Below, piece after piece: positions 45,498-55,292 of a stretch of DNA of 64,000 nucleotides. Location of the stretch: the IMG/VR virus record IMGVR_UViG_3300012277_000001, positions 124,001 through 188,000 of that record; one strand, 5' to 3'. A program made the translations under genes and the position numbers. The notes beneath the pieces were generated by a model that saw nothing but the letters and a program-made list of their open reading frames with translations, searched no databases and was not told the DNA's origin. The stretch's first letter is position 1. Every line of letters begins with the position of its first letter. The stretch is from an uncultured virus (IMG/VR IMGVR_UViG_3300012277_000001) (lineage: Duplodnaviria; Heunggongvirae; Uroviricota; Caudoviricetes).

Positions 45498-46280
45498 TTA
45501 GGCCGCTTTGCCCTTTGGCGTGGCGTGCATTGCGCTAACGCTGCTTTGAATGGCTTTGGCTTCGCGCTTGCGGGTATCAAGCAACGAACGCAGGGCGCAT
45601 GCCTGCTGATAGGTCAGAACGTTGGCCTGTTCGTATTCGGCGCGCAGGGCTTCGATTGCTGGCCGTGCTTCCTCGAATGCTTGTTCGGCGTTGAACCCAT
45701 GAACCAACGTCGAGGTGCATACTTGAATGCGCTTGCGTGAATGGTGGCCGGTAATGGTGCACGCGTTGTCGTTCATCAAAGCGGCGGCAGACTTCACAAG
45801 ACTAAAGTACGCCATGCGCACCAGCTTAACTTTGCCATCCTTCAGGCACATTACCGGGAAGCAAACCATTTGCGACGGAACTTGACGGGTTCCCATTGTG
45901 AGTGCTTTTTGCATGGTCAGCACTTCGCGATAGGCGACGACCGTCAGTTGTTCGGGCAACAGAATTTCAACGCGTGCAAAAATATCCTGCCAGTTAGGCA
46001 GCATTACGAACGGCTCGGCTTTGATGAATGGAAGATCAGGGCCAGCCGCTCGCATTTGAATTGGGGTAGTAACAGAAGCGTGCGCTTCAAATGGAACGGT
46101 TACGATTTTGTCGCCGTCGAGGGTCATACGGCAACCCAGTGCAGCCAGCACGTTTACGAAGTAATCGGGGCCGATGGCGTTGGAGGTCATTTGTTGAACA
46201 GTGCTGATATCACGCAGCAGTTCAGTATAGGTGATGCTGCCATTCAGAATGTTCTGGACGATTCCGCTAGCGTTAAACAT
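45498..46280 (-). CDS. Hypothetical protein
   Basis: 260 aa, GGAG RBS. Confidence 0.7.
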   Translation of the reverse strand: MFNASGIVQNILNGSITYTELLRDISTVQQMTSNAIGPDYFVNVLAALGCRMTLDGDKIVTVPFEAHASVTTPIQMRAAGPDLPFIKAEPFVMLPNWQDIFARVEILLPEQLTVVAYREVLTMQKALTMGTRQVPSQMVCFPVMCLKDGKVKLVRMAYFSLVKSAAALMNDNACTITGHHSRKRIQVCTSTLVHGFNAEQAFEEARPAIEALRAEYEQANVLTYQQACALRSLLDTRKREAKAIQSSVSAMHATPKGKAA

Positions 46281-46301
46281 GCTTTTTCTCCCACAGAAAG
46301 T

Positions 46302-46331
46302 AAAAAAGCAGCCTATCTCTAGGCTGCTTTT
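46302..46331. terminator. Bidirectional-type intrinsic terminator
   Basis: AAAAGCAGCCT-atctct-AGGCTGCTTTT. Confidence 0.7.
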
Positions 46332-46354
46332 GGTTTTGCCACACCGCCGAAGGT

Positions 46355-46879
46355 TTAGGCCTTGGCTTTCGAAGCCTTGGCAGCTTTCGGCGCAGCGACA
46401 GCAGTTTCCACAGCAGCGGCCTTGGCGGCCTTCGGCGCTTTGGCGGCTTTCACGACCGGGGCAGCAGCGGCAACAGGAGCGGCAGCGGCTTTCGGCGCTT
46501 TGGTGGTAGCGGCTTTCAGTTTGTCGGCAGCAGCTTTGGCCTTGGCTTTTTCAGCGGCTTTTTCGTCGCGGGCTTTTTGTTGGGCAGCGGCTTTTTCGGA
46601 GGCGCGCAGGGTTTTCAGCGCAGCTTTCGAATCGTCCAGTTCAGCGACGGCGACGGCGACGGCTTGTTGCAGGTTTTCGACGGTGGCAACGGAGTTCTTT
46701 TGCAGGGCGGCAACCACTTTCGGAGCGGTGGCCAGTGCCAGCTTGGCGTTGCCTTTGGTCAGGGTTTGCGCAGCCTTCAGGTCAGCTTTCAGACCGGTCA
46801 GGGTCTTTTCGCGGGCGGCAACGAGGGCGACGGCGGCTTTCTCGGCTTTGGACAGTTTCACAGCAGCGACTTCAGTCAT
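46355..46879 (-). CDS. Ala/Lys-rich histone H1/AlgP-like protein
   Basis: Coiled coil followed by KAPKAAKAAA repeats. Confidence 0.7.
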   Translation of the reverse strand: MTEVAAVKLSKAEKAAVALVAAREKTLTGLKADLKAAQTLTKGNAKLALATAPKVVAALQKNSVATVENLQQAVAVAVAELDDSKAALKTLRASEKAAAQQKARDEKAAEKAKAKAAADKLKAATTKAPKAAAAPVAAAAPVVKAAKAPKAAKAAAVETAVAAPKAAKASKAKA

Positions 46880-46936
46880 TTCTTTCTCTCTTCTTTCCAG
46901 CGTTGTCGGCGATATGCCGGGTTCGTAGGGGAATTC

Positions 46937-47779
46937 CTACTTGCTCTTTAGGATCGACGCCTTGAGACGGTCTAATCCGTATTTTTCGCAAATGCGCGTG
47001 AATGCTTTCACGTTCATTTTAGAAATTGATAAATCCAATTCTGCGTTGGCATCGTACAGATCGTGGCGAATGGTCACAAGCTGTCGATTAAGCTTCAGCA
47101 GCTTAGGTATATTTACAGTTTCTCGCGCCTTCTTTGGAAAGCGTTCGATTGGAATCTTTTCGGCCTTGCCGTAAGCCTCAATCAAATCGACTGCGGTTTT
47201 ATGGCCAACACCCGGAATGCCCGGAATGTTGTCGATTTCATCGCCGTCCATCATGAGGTAGTCTACCATCCGTTTTGGTACGACTCCATATATTTCTTTA
47301 CAGTTTTTCGGCGTTACCACAATCTTTTTATTCGGGTTGATTATGCGCACATGCTTTTGAACCAATTCCTGCGCAAAATCTTTATCCCCCGACAGGATAT
47401 AAGCCAAGCCACCTTCGTAGCGGCTGGCCGTAGAACCGATCACGTCGTCAGCTTCGACGCCGCGTTTACCGAATACTGCGTAGCCCATTGCGTCCAGCAG
47501 TTCGACGATCACAGGTAGCTGCTTCTTCAGCGATTCGCTTTTGGCCTGATCTTTCGGTCGAGTCCCTTTGTATTCCGGGTGGATTTTGTGCCGGAAGTTT
47601 TCGCCGGGACGGTCGAACGAATTCAGAACGTGCGTGATTCCGTATTCACGGATATTCGAACGCAGAATGTTGATGTAGCCAACGATCACATTCGTCGGGA
47701 AGCCGTTGTGGTACATTGGGCGGATTGCGTGATACGCCCGGTGCATCGTGTTTGTGCCATCTACCGACAGAAGTGTCAT
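46937..47779 (-). CDS. 5'-3' exonuclease / flap endonuclease (PolI N-terminal / T4 RNase H-like)
   Basis: VDG..HRAYHA, YKG.R, EADD, SGDKD, GD..DNIPGIPGVG.KTA. Confidence 0.93.
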   Translation of the reverse strand: MTLLSVDGTNTMHRAYHAIRPMYHNGFPTNVIVGYINILRSNIREYGITHVLNSFDRPGENFRHKIHPEYKGTRPKDQAKSESLKKQLPVIVELLDAMGYAVFGKRGVEADDVIGSTASRYEGGLAYILSGDKDFAQELVQKHVRIINPNKKIVVTPKNCKEIYGVVPKRMVDYLMMDGDEIDNIPGIPGVGHKTAVDLIEAYGKAEKIPIERFPKKARETVNIPKLLKLNRQLVTIRHDLYDANAELDLSISKMNVKAFTRICEKYGLDRLKASILKSK

Positions 47780-47781
47780 GG

Positions 47782-48210
47782 TTAATCCTTGAAACGTGGA
47801 TCAGCCTTCGCTTCACCATGGGCATTCAACAGATCGCGTTCATCCTCAATGGGTCGGACCGCGACACGGAGCGAACGGAACACATTTGCACTTCGGATCA
47901 GCGCGGCAATCAGACGTTCGGCAGAGTATGGAACGATTATGAAAACCGCATCATCAACACGGCCAATCGCGGCTTTACCTTTGGGCACCAGCTTTTCAAT
48001 TTCGCTTAGCTGGGGCAATAGGTCAAAATTAGAAAGCGCAATCTTTCCCTTGCTGCTGGTCAGCATTAGGCGTTCACGCATCGCGAAGAGTTTGATCAGG
48101 AGCGATTGTGCCCCCTGCGACTCTACTGCGACGGATTCAAGAAATGATTCACCTTTTTGTCGGCGATTAACCGTAGCGAGGATCAATTTCATGGCTGCGC
48201 CCATGGCCAA
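47782..48210 (-). CDS. Hypothetical protein
   Basis: Tiled ORF; start uncertain. Confidence 0.55.
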   Translation of the reverse strand: MAMGAAMKLILATVNRRQKGESFLESVAVESQGAQSLLIKLFAMRERLMLTSSKGKIALSNFDLLPQLSEIEKLVPKGKAAIGRVDDAVFIIVPYSAERLIAALIRSANVFRSLRVAVRPIEDERDLLNAHGEAKADPRFKD

Positions 48211-48431
48211 AACAGCTGGCGTGTACGTTCCACCATTGCAATCGGATCGGCAGACGCTTCGAAAGCTTCTGCGTAATCAAACAGCTGGCGTGGGATTGTT
48301 TCGTAACGAATCGCATTGTTAGCGGCGCCCCGGAGTCGTTCAATCGCCACAGCTTGTGAATCGCTATGCAGCGCCGAGTAATACGCCAATTCCAACTGAT
48401 TAAGCAGGCGATACAGGCTATCTGTCTGCAT
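48189..48431 (-). CDS. Hypothetical protein
   Basis: ATG 48431 with GAGGT RBS. Confidence 0.5.
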   Translation of the reverse strand: MQTDSLYRLLNQLELAYYSALHSDSQAVAIERLRGAANNAIRYETIPRQLFDYAEAFEASADPIAMVERTRQLFWPWAQP

Positions 48432-48484
48432 GGGCCACCTCATTCGGAAAATTAGGGTAGGCAATTCTGTTGCTCTACCCTGAA

Positions 48485-48492
48485 TTTACAGT
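48485..48492 (-). promoter_or_regulatory. ACTGTAAA candidate promoter element
   Basis: Recurrent motif, intergenic. Confidence 0.55.
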
Positions 48493-48501
48493 TTTTGACG
48501 G

Positions 48502-49014
48502 TTAGCGCTTGTTACCGCCGCACGTGGTGCACGGGCGTGGTTGAATTTTCTTGCGCACTGTCTGATAGGTAACGTTGCTCGACTGAATGTTCATCAAAGA
48601 CGCAGGCGTTTGGCCGGTGGCGTCGAAGATTTGTTTCATCTTTTCTTTGTCGAACATGGAAGCGTACGGGAATTTCTTCTGGTTCGTCTGTTCCCACATC
48701 GGAATGTCGAAGGCTTCTTTCTTGATTTCGTCGATTTCGAATTGGCTCAAGATCGGTGCCGTGTTCAGGTTAACGCGGTGTGCTTTCACCACGCGCCCGT
48801 TCTGGTCGATCATTTGCAGGGCCGTCATTTCGATTTCGAGGTTGATCAGGCTAACCATAGGACCGTGGGTCACAGCAGGCACGACAAACCACGTATCTTG
48901 CAACGGCAATTCCTGCCCTTCGAGGATCGGCAGGTGAATCGAGCGCATGAAGCAGTAGACCAGCAGATTGCAGTCCACCTCACCTTCGTGCACGTAGATT
49001 TTTTGTTCGCTCAT
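48502..49014 (-). CDS. Hypothetical protein with terminal CxxCGG
   Basis: GAGG RBS; PCTTCGG. Confidence 0.65.
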   Translation of the reverse strand: MSEQKIYVHEGEVDCNLLVYCFMRSIHLPILEGQELPLQDTWFVVPAVTHGPMVSLINLEIEMTALQMIDQNGRVVKAHRVNLNTAPILSQFEIDEIKKEAFDIPMWEQTNQKKFPYASMFDKEKMKQIFDATGQTPASLMNIQSSNVTYQTVRKKIQPRPCTTCGGNKR

Positions 49015-49021
49015 GGTTTCC

Positions 49022-50614
49022 TCACTCCACCGGCAGACCGGATACGGTAATGTCAGGTTTTTTCATGTAGGTCTTAACGCGCTCGGCAGTATCACGCGCA
49101 GCACGTTTGCCCGGTTCTTTCTGGTCGGCCTTGAGGCTTTTGATTTCCTCTTTGATCGACTTGATCTTCGATTTCAGATCGGACTCTTCCAGTGCCGCCA
49201 ATTGGCGCACTTTCCGTTCCAGAATGATTTCGGCGTCAGGCTCGGGCATCTTGAGTGCTTTAGCCAGCACAGCAGCAGGGGTTTTCGACGCGAGAACTTT
49301 CGGCAACGCTTTCAGAAGTTTCTCACGGTTCTGCACCGCGTACAGGTAAACCTCGTTGAGGTGAAGTTCCTTGGCCGCCTTGTCCAGCAGGTAGCCAATC
49401 AGGCGTTCTTCCAATTTGGTCCGATACTTGATCCACGCACCGAAGTATTCGACGTAGTTCACGTATTTGAATTTGTTGGTTTCGTCACCGGATTTACGAA
49501 TGGTGATGCCGAGGCGATAGCTGATGGTGGAACGCACCATTTTATCGACCTTTGCACACACTTCGTCGAAGCGCTCTTCGTCCATATTTTTCGGACAGGA
49601 AACTTCGATGTGCGCGCCGTAGGGACCGGCGTGCTTGTTCTTTTTGCCGGAAGTGTTCGACGCATCTTTAACGCCGTCGATGTTGGCCAGTTTTTGTAGC
49701 GCCTTGAACAAACCTTCTTCACCCGCAAGAGTGCCGGGGCAGAAAGATTTGATCCGGATGATACGTTTTTCCAGATCGTAGTCGATCAAAGGCATGTACT
49801 GCACGGAACCTTTGCCGGTCGCCATCAGTTCTTCGATTTGTGCATCCGTCGAAACGTCGATGCAGCCAAACGGGTGAACGATCTTCAGGGTATCGGCCAG
49901 CTTCTTCGGCGTGTACGATTTGCCATTGAGCATGTCGATAACGACCTTCGAAACGCTGGCCACCGAGAACGCAGGGTTGCCCACCTTGACGCCATATGCC
50001 GGGGGCGGCGTGCTGGTCAGGAAAAGCAGGGTTGGCAACAATGCAGGCAGATACAGGGGCAGCTTTTCGTCGTTCGAAAAGTTCGGTTCCATCGGAACGA
50101 CTTTCAGATACTGGGAATCCAGCAGGAAAGTATCTGCGAACTTCGATTTTTTCGCTTCGGTGTATCGGTAGGCAGATGCCGTGGTGCCGTCCGGCTTGCC
50201 CCAGCCCCCTTGACCCCACACCAGCGGCGGGTTGCCGTTTGCAATCGTCACCATCGCGCCGTAGCAGGCGGAATCGCCATGCGGGTGATATTTACCGATT
50301 GCGTCACCGACCGTACGCGCCGATTTCTTGAAGCCTTTGCTGTGATGCAGATTCAGACCATCGAGTGCCCACAACACGGCGCGGTGTACAGGCTTCAGGC
50401 CGTCGCGGAAGTCGGGAACTGCCCGATCTTCTACCACGTACGAACCGTAAACGTGCAGCGCTTCGTCGGAGAATTGGTTGATGGATTGCTGCTTCGTTTC
50501 GAAAGCCTTCGTTTCGAATTTCAGCACCGGTGATTTTGCCACCGGCTGCTTGGTCTTCTTCGGGGCGGCGGTCACTTTCTTTTTGTTGACCTTCGCTACT
50601 TCTTTTTTAGCCAC
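49022..50614 (-). CDS. gyrA: Type IIA topoisomerase subunit A (GyrA/ParC-like, no C-terminal pinwheel)
   Basis: RAVPDFRDGLKPVHR, KSAR.VG, YHPHGD, catalytic YRYTE; GTG start at 50614 with GGAG RBS. Confidence 0.9.
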   Translation of the reverse strand: MAKKEVAKVNKKKVTAAPKKTKQPVAKSPVLKFETKAFETKQQSINQFSDEALHVYGSYVVEDRAVPDFRDGLKPVHRAVLWALDGLNLHHSKGFKKSARTVGDAIGKYHPHGDSACYGAMVTIANGNPPLVWGQGGWGKPDGTTASAYRYTEAKKSKFADTFLLDSQYLKVVPMEPNFSNDEKLPLYLPALLPTLLFLTSTPPPAYGVKVGNPAFSVASVSKVVIDMLNGKSYTPKKLADTLKIVHPFGCIDVSTDAQIEELMATGKGSVQYMPLIDYDLEKRIIRIKSFCPGTLAGEEGLFKALQKLANIDGVKDASNTSGKKNKHAGPYGAHIEVSCPKNMDEERFDEVCAKVDKMVRSTISYRLGITIRKSGDETNKFKYVNYVEYFGAWIKYRTKLEERLIGYLLDKAAKELHLNEVYLYAVQNREKLLKALPKVLASKTPAAVLAKALKMPEPDAEIILERKVRQLAALEESDLKSKIKSIKEEIKSLKADQKEPGKRAARDTAERVKTYMKKPDITVSGLPVE

Positions 50615-50885
50615 GGGTATCTCCGGGGGTGAATGGAATCTCAAGCTTCTCACAAATGTGAGAGAATTCAGGTTCCACGCCAGCTTTGAAGGCCGCAATC
50701 AAACGACGCAGCCTCAAAATTTCAGTTTGTTCTTTTCGCAATTCACGCAGACAGTCAACGGACGACATGTAACTAAGTCGCCCGCGCAGGCCAGTTGCAC
50801 CGTAGCCTTGCATAGCCTGATATTCGGCTTGCAAGGTATCAGTCATGTCGCGTGCTGCATGCAACGCATCCATATATTTCGTCAT
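50607..50885 (-). CDS. Small hypothetical protein between the topoisomerase subunits
   Basis: Abuts the gyrB stop and overlaps the gyrA start. Confidence 0.55.
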   Translation of the reverse strand: MTKYMDALHAARDMTDTLQAEYQAMQGYGATGLRGRLSYMSSVDCLRELRKEQTEILRLRRLIAAFKAGVEPEFSHICEKLEIPFTPGDTRG

Positions 50886-52973
50886 CTAGTCTGCAAGCCC
50901 CAACAATTTGCGACGGTTTACCGCATCTTCCGACACAACGGCACGGAACCACTGTTCATCGGCAGCGCTGGCGAACGGATTGATTTGGATCAGCTTGCGG
51001 AATTTTGGATCGAAGGCAATTGGGCCGATGTATTCCGGTCCGACTTCCCCCCAACCTTTGATGCGCACAATTTCATGATCCTTTACAGATTTCGGGGCCA
51101 GTGCGCGACATTCCTTGTTGGTCATCGCGCCGTAGAGTTCGCCTTTTGGTCCCAGCGCAGCATAGAGCGGGGCCTGTACGCAGAACACGCGGCCTTCTTT
51201 GAACATGTCAGGCAGCAGGCGGTACAGCACAGCCAGATACAGTACGGCGATGTGGCCGCCGTCCGGGTCCGGGTCAACCAGCAGCAGAACAGATTTCACA
51301 CGAAGTTTTTCCGTGCTCAATTTCGGACGCTCGGCCTTGGGGTCCAACGATTTCAAGTCAACGCCCAGCGCAATCAGGAAATTGGAAATGTCCTTGTGCG
51401 TGATGATTTTTGCAATCGGTGCTTTCAGTGCATTGAGTGGCTTACCACCGGCTGCCAATACTTCCTGATAATGCGTGTCGCGTGCGTCATCCGAAGGGCC
51501 TTTTGCCGAATCACCCTCGACCACGAAGAGTTCACGTTCCCACGCTTTGCAGTGCGGAGACTGGGCCAGCTTGGCGGGCAGAACGCCTTTGCCTTTTTTC
51601 TTCACGTCTGCCATGGATTTAACCACGGCTGCCAGTTCTTCGCGGCCCTTGTTCATGATCAAGGCGCGCTTGATGATATCCTTGGCGACTTTCGGGTTCG
51701 ATTCGAAGTATTTGTCGAAGGCAGGGAACAGCAGGTCTTCCACTTCCTTATCGACCTTCGAACTCAATTTGTCTTTCACCTGCGAGGTGTAGGCCGCGCC
51801 ATGCATACGCCAGTCGAACATGCCTGTTAGGCCGATCAGCAGGTCAGAACTGGTCCAGCCTTGGCCAGTCTTTTTGCCCTTCGCGGGTTTCTTTTCCGGC
51901 ACATGCTTTTTCACAGCTTTGGAAAGTGCAGCAGTGAAGCCTGTTACGTGCGAACCCCCGTCGATGGTTGGCGACGTATTCACGAAAGTCAGGAAGTGGT
52001 CAGCGTCCGTGTGGTCGGACCAAACGAGGGTACAGGTGATGTTGTCGTTCTTGAACGTGAAGGCTTTACCCTGCGGCACCAGATCGCGCTGTTCGCACAT
52101 ATCTTTTGCGACGAAAGCCAAATCCTTTTTGTTCAGGTAGACGTGATCCTCACGCTTGCCCTTCACGATGGAAGAGAAACGAATTTCCAGACCGGGGTTC
52201 AGCATGGCCATGTTGTTCAACCACTGCGCCACGTCCTTGACCACCGGAATTGCGCGGCGGAAATCTTTGGGCAGTTTCTTGCCACGGCGCGCATCTTCAG
52301 AGCACACGGTTTGGTCGAGTTCCAGTGCAACGATGGTCCCGTATTTTTGCAGCTTATCTTTCAGCAGCGGCATTACGTCTTTATCCACGGCCTTGCACGG
52401 CAGCGGGTTTGGACCTTTGGAGGCAATTTCGCCTTTGCTGTAGACCTGCGTAGCCAGCTTGCCGCCGTACATGGTCCAGACGCGCATGCGTTCGGAAACC
52501 GCGTTCACCGCCGACATACCGATACCGTGAGTACCTGCCGAAGTTTTGTAGGCCGCGTCGTTGAATTTGGCGCCTGCGTGAGTCTTCGTGTAAGCAGCGG
52601 TCATCTTCGTGATTTTCGAACCGTCTTTCATCTTCACGAAATCGGTTGGAATGCCGCCCGCTTGGTCCGCGATGATATAGAGTTCTGCGTCGATGTTCAG
52701 GATCACTTCGATAACTTTGTTACGGCCTGCCACGTGTTCGTCGTAGCAGTTATCGACGCCCTCTTTGACGCAGCGGTAAGCCATGGCAGGGCCACGATCA
52801 CCGAGGTACATGCTGGGGTTTTCACGAATGCCATCGAGGCCTTCGAGGATCGCAAAATCCTTCTGCGATTCAGATTTCTTTTTGGTGGCTTTTTCTTCGG
52901 GTGCCGCCTTCGCTTTCTTGGGTTTCTCTTCAGCGACTGCTTTCGCCTTCGCCTTCACTTTTTTCTCGGCCAT
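50886..52973 (-). CDS. gyrB: Type IIA topoisomerase subunit B (GyrB/ParE-like)
   Basis: EGVDNCYDE, GGIP, GTHGIG..AVNA, VEGDSA, DPDPDG, KGWGE. Confidence 0.93.
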   Translation of the reverse strand: MAEKKVKAKAKAVAEEKPKKAKAAPEEKATKKKSESQKDFAILEGLDGIRENPSMYLGDRGPAMAYRCVKEGVDNCYDEHVAGRNKVIEVILNIDAELYIIADQAGGIPTDFVKMKDGSKITKMTAAYTKTHAGAKFNDAAYKTSAGTHGIGMSAVNAVSERMRVWTMYGGKLATQVYSKGEIASKGPNPLPCKAVDKDVMPLLKDKLQKYGTIVALELDQTVCSEDARRGKKLPKDFRRAIPVVKDVAQWLNNMAMLNPGLEIRFSSIVKGKREDHVYLNKKDLAFVAKDMCEQRDLVPQGKAFTFKNDNITCTLVWSDHTDADHFLTFVNTSPTIDGGSHVTGFTAALSKAVKKHVPEKKPAKGKKTGQGWTSSDLLIGLTGMFDWRMHGAAYTSQVKDKLSSKVDKEVEDLLFPAFDKYFESNPKVAKDIIKRALIMNKGREELAAVVKSMADVKKKGKGVLPAKLAQSPHCKAWERELFVVEGDSAKGPSDDARDTHYQEVLAAGGKPLNALKAPIAKIITHKDISNFLIALGVDLKSLDPKAERPKLSTEKLRVKSVLLLVDPDPDGGHIAVLYLAVLYRLLPDMFKEGRVFCVQAPLYAALGPKGELYGAMTNKECRALAPKSVKDHEIVRIKGWGEVGPEYIGPIAFDPKFRKLIQINPFASAADEQWFRAVVSEDAVNRRKLLGLAD

Positions 52974-53220
52974 TTAGGTTCTCATTAAATTCGTCGGCGG
53001 TGCCGATCCACATAAGCTGTGACGCGCTGATTTCAGCCAGCGTAAACTCGCTCAAGTGGTGATAATCATTTTCGTGAATCCAGTGGGCGTACGCGGACTG
53101 CGGCACGTAGCCTTCTGGAGTTTCCGGGTAGAATTTTGCTGCATACTGCTTGAAATTAAGAGGCGCAATTTTGTACCGGTCGCCCCACGGTGCTTCGAGC
53201 CACAGATCCATGCAGATCAC
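52930..53220 (-). CDS. Hypothetical protein
   Basis: GTGA-coupled ORF. Confidence 0.5.
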   Translation of the reverse strand: MICMDLWLEAPWGDRYKIAPLNFKQYAAKFYPETPEGYVPQSAYAHWIHENDYHHLSEFTLAEISASQLMWIGTADEFNENLNGREKSEGEGESSR

Positions 53221-53546
53221 CCGTCGTCGCGGTCGAGGATTTCGCGAATCTCTTTCAGCTTTTGTTGTGCCTTACCGTCAGCGGTCAGGTCGTATTGAAG
53301 GCGTTCCAGTTCGACACGCCTTGCCTTTTCACGCACAGCGGCTTCACGCCACGAACTGAATCCTTTAGGGCCGTCAAGTAGCAGACCTGCTGGATCTTGC
53401 ACAACGCCGATCACGCGGCATTTGTACGGGTGCGGATGAATGGAACCAATCATTGCGAGATAATCATCCCGCGTACATTCCTGCCAAGGTTCGTTCAAAC
53501 CCCACTTCGCTTCGTAGCAGAGAATTTCGATTGGAATGTCAGACAT
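53217..53546 (-). CDS. Hypothetical protein
   Basis: Tiled ORF. Confidence 0.55.
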   Translation of the reverse strand: MSDIPIEILCYEAKWGLNEPWQECTRDDYLAMIGSIHPHPYKCRVIGVVQDPAGLLLDGPKGFSSWREAAVREKARRVELERLQYDLTADGKAQQKLKEIREILDRDDG

Positions 53547-53916
53547 TTTTCACCTGCTTGCGACCCTTGCGCTTGGCGCTCTGTTCGGCTCGGGCTTCGA
53601 TGTGTATTTCCAGCTGGCGTTTGGCTTCACCGTACATTTCCGAAAACTTCAACGGATGGCAATCGGAAATTGTGTACGGCGATTCGTGGTTTTCGAGTGC
53701 ACTGTAGAGCAACACGCTGTCGGTAGCCGGATCGGTCACGCACACCAGATAGGAACGGTCCAACATTTCCACAACGTGATGGTGCTGGAACGTGAATTGC
53801 TTGGCACGGATGCGACAATCTTTCTTGAAGCTGTCGGCGTTGCTGCGCAGGCGTTGGCGGGTGAAGACTTCGCCATTGATATCGGGGTTTTCCATCATGT
53901 CTTTTAGCATTGCCAA
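53539..53916 (-). CDS. Hypothetical protein
   Basis: Tiled ORF. Confidence 0.55.
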   Translation of the reverse strand: MAMLKDMMENPDINGEVFTRQRLRSNADSFKKDCRIRAKQFTFQHHHVVEMLDRSYLVCVTDPATDSVLLYSALENHESPYTISDCHPLKFSEMYGEAKRQLEIHIEARAEQSAKRKGRKQVKNV

Positions 53917-54461
53917 TCCACTCCGTCTTGATGAACAACATAATGGCCGCTGCGCAGCTGCACTTCAGAAACGTAGCCCAGCACATCCAACCAGATTTCG
54001 AAATATTTCTTCAGCTGCTCACTACGTGCATGGGTGCCGTAATGGTATTGCAGGAAGTCTTTTTGGTTCTGCACCTTGTCTGCGATCAACATATAACGCA
54101 CACGGGTATCAAGTAGGCCGTAGCACCGCATGATCACGTCGCGTACATCGCTGCGATCCCAAACGTCCGTCGATTCCTTGCACAGGTACAGGTTCGCCAC
54201 TTGCCGATAACGCAATGCGAAATCCAGCGAATCTTCAATGCCGACTATCTGGCGCAGCCGGTCGATGTTTTGATCGAGGTCGATTTTATTCTGCACCATC
54301 GGATGCAGGCAATATCCGCCTTTGGCGAATTGATCGGCGCCCAACCAGTCGAGAATTTCGAGGCCTTCGTCAATGTGATTGATCAGCGGAACGCCCGAAC
54401 GCTTTGCGCAACCGGTGCCGTAAAACTCTTTGATCAAACCATATTCGATGCTGTCTTTCAT
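53904..54461 (-). CDS. HD-superfamily (SpoT/Mesh1 hydrolase)-like protein with altered HD motif
   Basis: KRSGVPLINH, YCLHP (in place of LHD), IADKVQN. Confidence 0.5.
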   Translation of the reverse strand: MKDSIEYGLIKEFYGTGCAKRSGVPLINHIDEGLEILDWLGADQFAKGGYCLHPMVQNKIDLDQNIDRLRQIVGIEDSLDFALRYRQVANLYLCKESTDVWDRSDVRDVIMRCYGLLDTRVRYMLIADKVQNQKDFLQYHYGTHARSEQLKKYFEIWLDVLGYVSEVQLRSGHYVVHQDGVDWQC

Positions 54462-54495
54462 GTGTACACCAAAAGGTCGATAGGTATGCCCATTA

Positions 54496-54503
54496 TTTAC
54501 AGT
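54496..54503 (-). promoter_or_regulatory. ACTGTAAA candidate promoter element
   Basis: Recurrent motif 35 nt upstream of the start, just after a terminator. Confidence 0.6.
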
Positions 54504-54517
54504 TTTGGTCGCAAATG

Positions 54518-54551
54518 AAAAAACCGCGTACAGGTTGCCCCGTGCGCGGTT
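54518..54551 (-). terminator. Intrinsic terminator
   Basis: AACCGCGTAC...GTGCGCGGTT with a U-run on the minus strand. Confidence 0.65.
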
Positions 54552-54557
54552 CCATGT

Positions 54558-55292
54558 TTAACGCCGTTTCAACTTCACATCCTGATAGGGAAGGGTGAAA
54601 TCAATTGCCGACGCAGTTGCGAGTTGTTGGTTGCCGTTGTCGTTTTTGTCGCCGGGCTTTTTGCTTTCGCCCAATTTGGAATTGGGGTCGTCTTTGCTGA
54701 ACTCGGTGGCCTTGTTGGTTTCAGCTTCGCGTTTCTCACGCAGTTCTTTTTCGACCTCTTCGTCCACCACTTTTTCAGCGGTTTCGGCTGGGATCAGATC
54801 GGAATCTTTGCGATTGGATTGCGCTTCTGGATACGGCTCGACTTTAGCCGAGGCTGTAGCCTCTTCGTCGTCCATGTCTTCCGAGTCGTCCATGTCTTCC
54901 GAGTCGTCATCGTCGTCAGAATCGTCATCGTCGTCAGAATCGTCATCATCTTCCGAGTCGTCGTCATCGGAATCATCGTCATCTTCAGAATCGTCGGTAG
55001 ACTCTTCATCGTCTTCCGAATCATCTTCAGAATCGCCGCCATCACCTGCGCCTGTGTCGCCGTTTTCGGCATCAGTCTTTGGAGTTTTGGCCGCGTCTTT
55101 CTTCTGCTTCTCTAACGCCGCTTTGCGTTCGTCTTCCTGTTCCTTTTCTTGGCGCGCCTTCTCTTCCTTGTCACGCTCGGCCAGTTCTTCGTCGGAGTAT
55201 TGCAGCTGTTGGTTGGTGCCCATGTCCGGGGCGCTATAGGCACCAGACGCTACTGCCGTCTCACGCTTGGGGATGGTGATCGAGATTTTCAT
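54558..55292 (-). CDS. Highly acidic disordered protein (scaffold/core-like) with three A-[TV]-A-S motifs
   Basis: Asp/Ser/Glu tract; ETAVAS, EEATAS, QLATAS. Confidence 0.7.
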   Translation of the reverse strand: MKISITIPKRETAVASGAYSAPDMGTNQQLQYSDEELAERDKEEKARQEKEQEDERKAALEKQKKDAAKTPKTDAENGDTGAGDGGDSEDDSEDDEESTDDSEDDDDSDDDDSEDDDDSDDDDDSDDDDDSEDMDDSEDMDDEEATASAKVEPYPEAQSNRKDSDLIPAETAEKVVDEEVEKELREKREAETNKATEFSKDDPNSKLGESKKPGDKNDNGNQQLATASAIDFTLPYQDVKLKRR

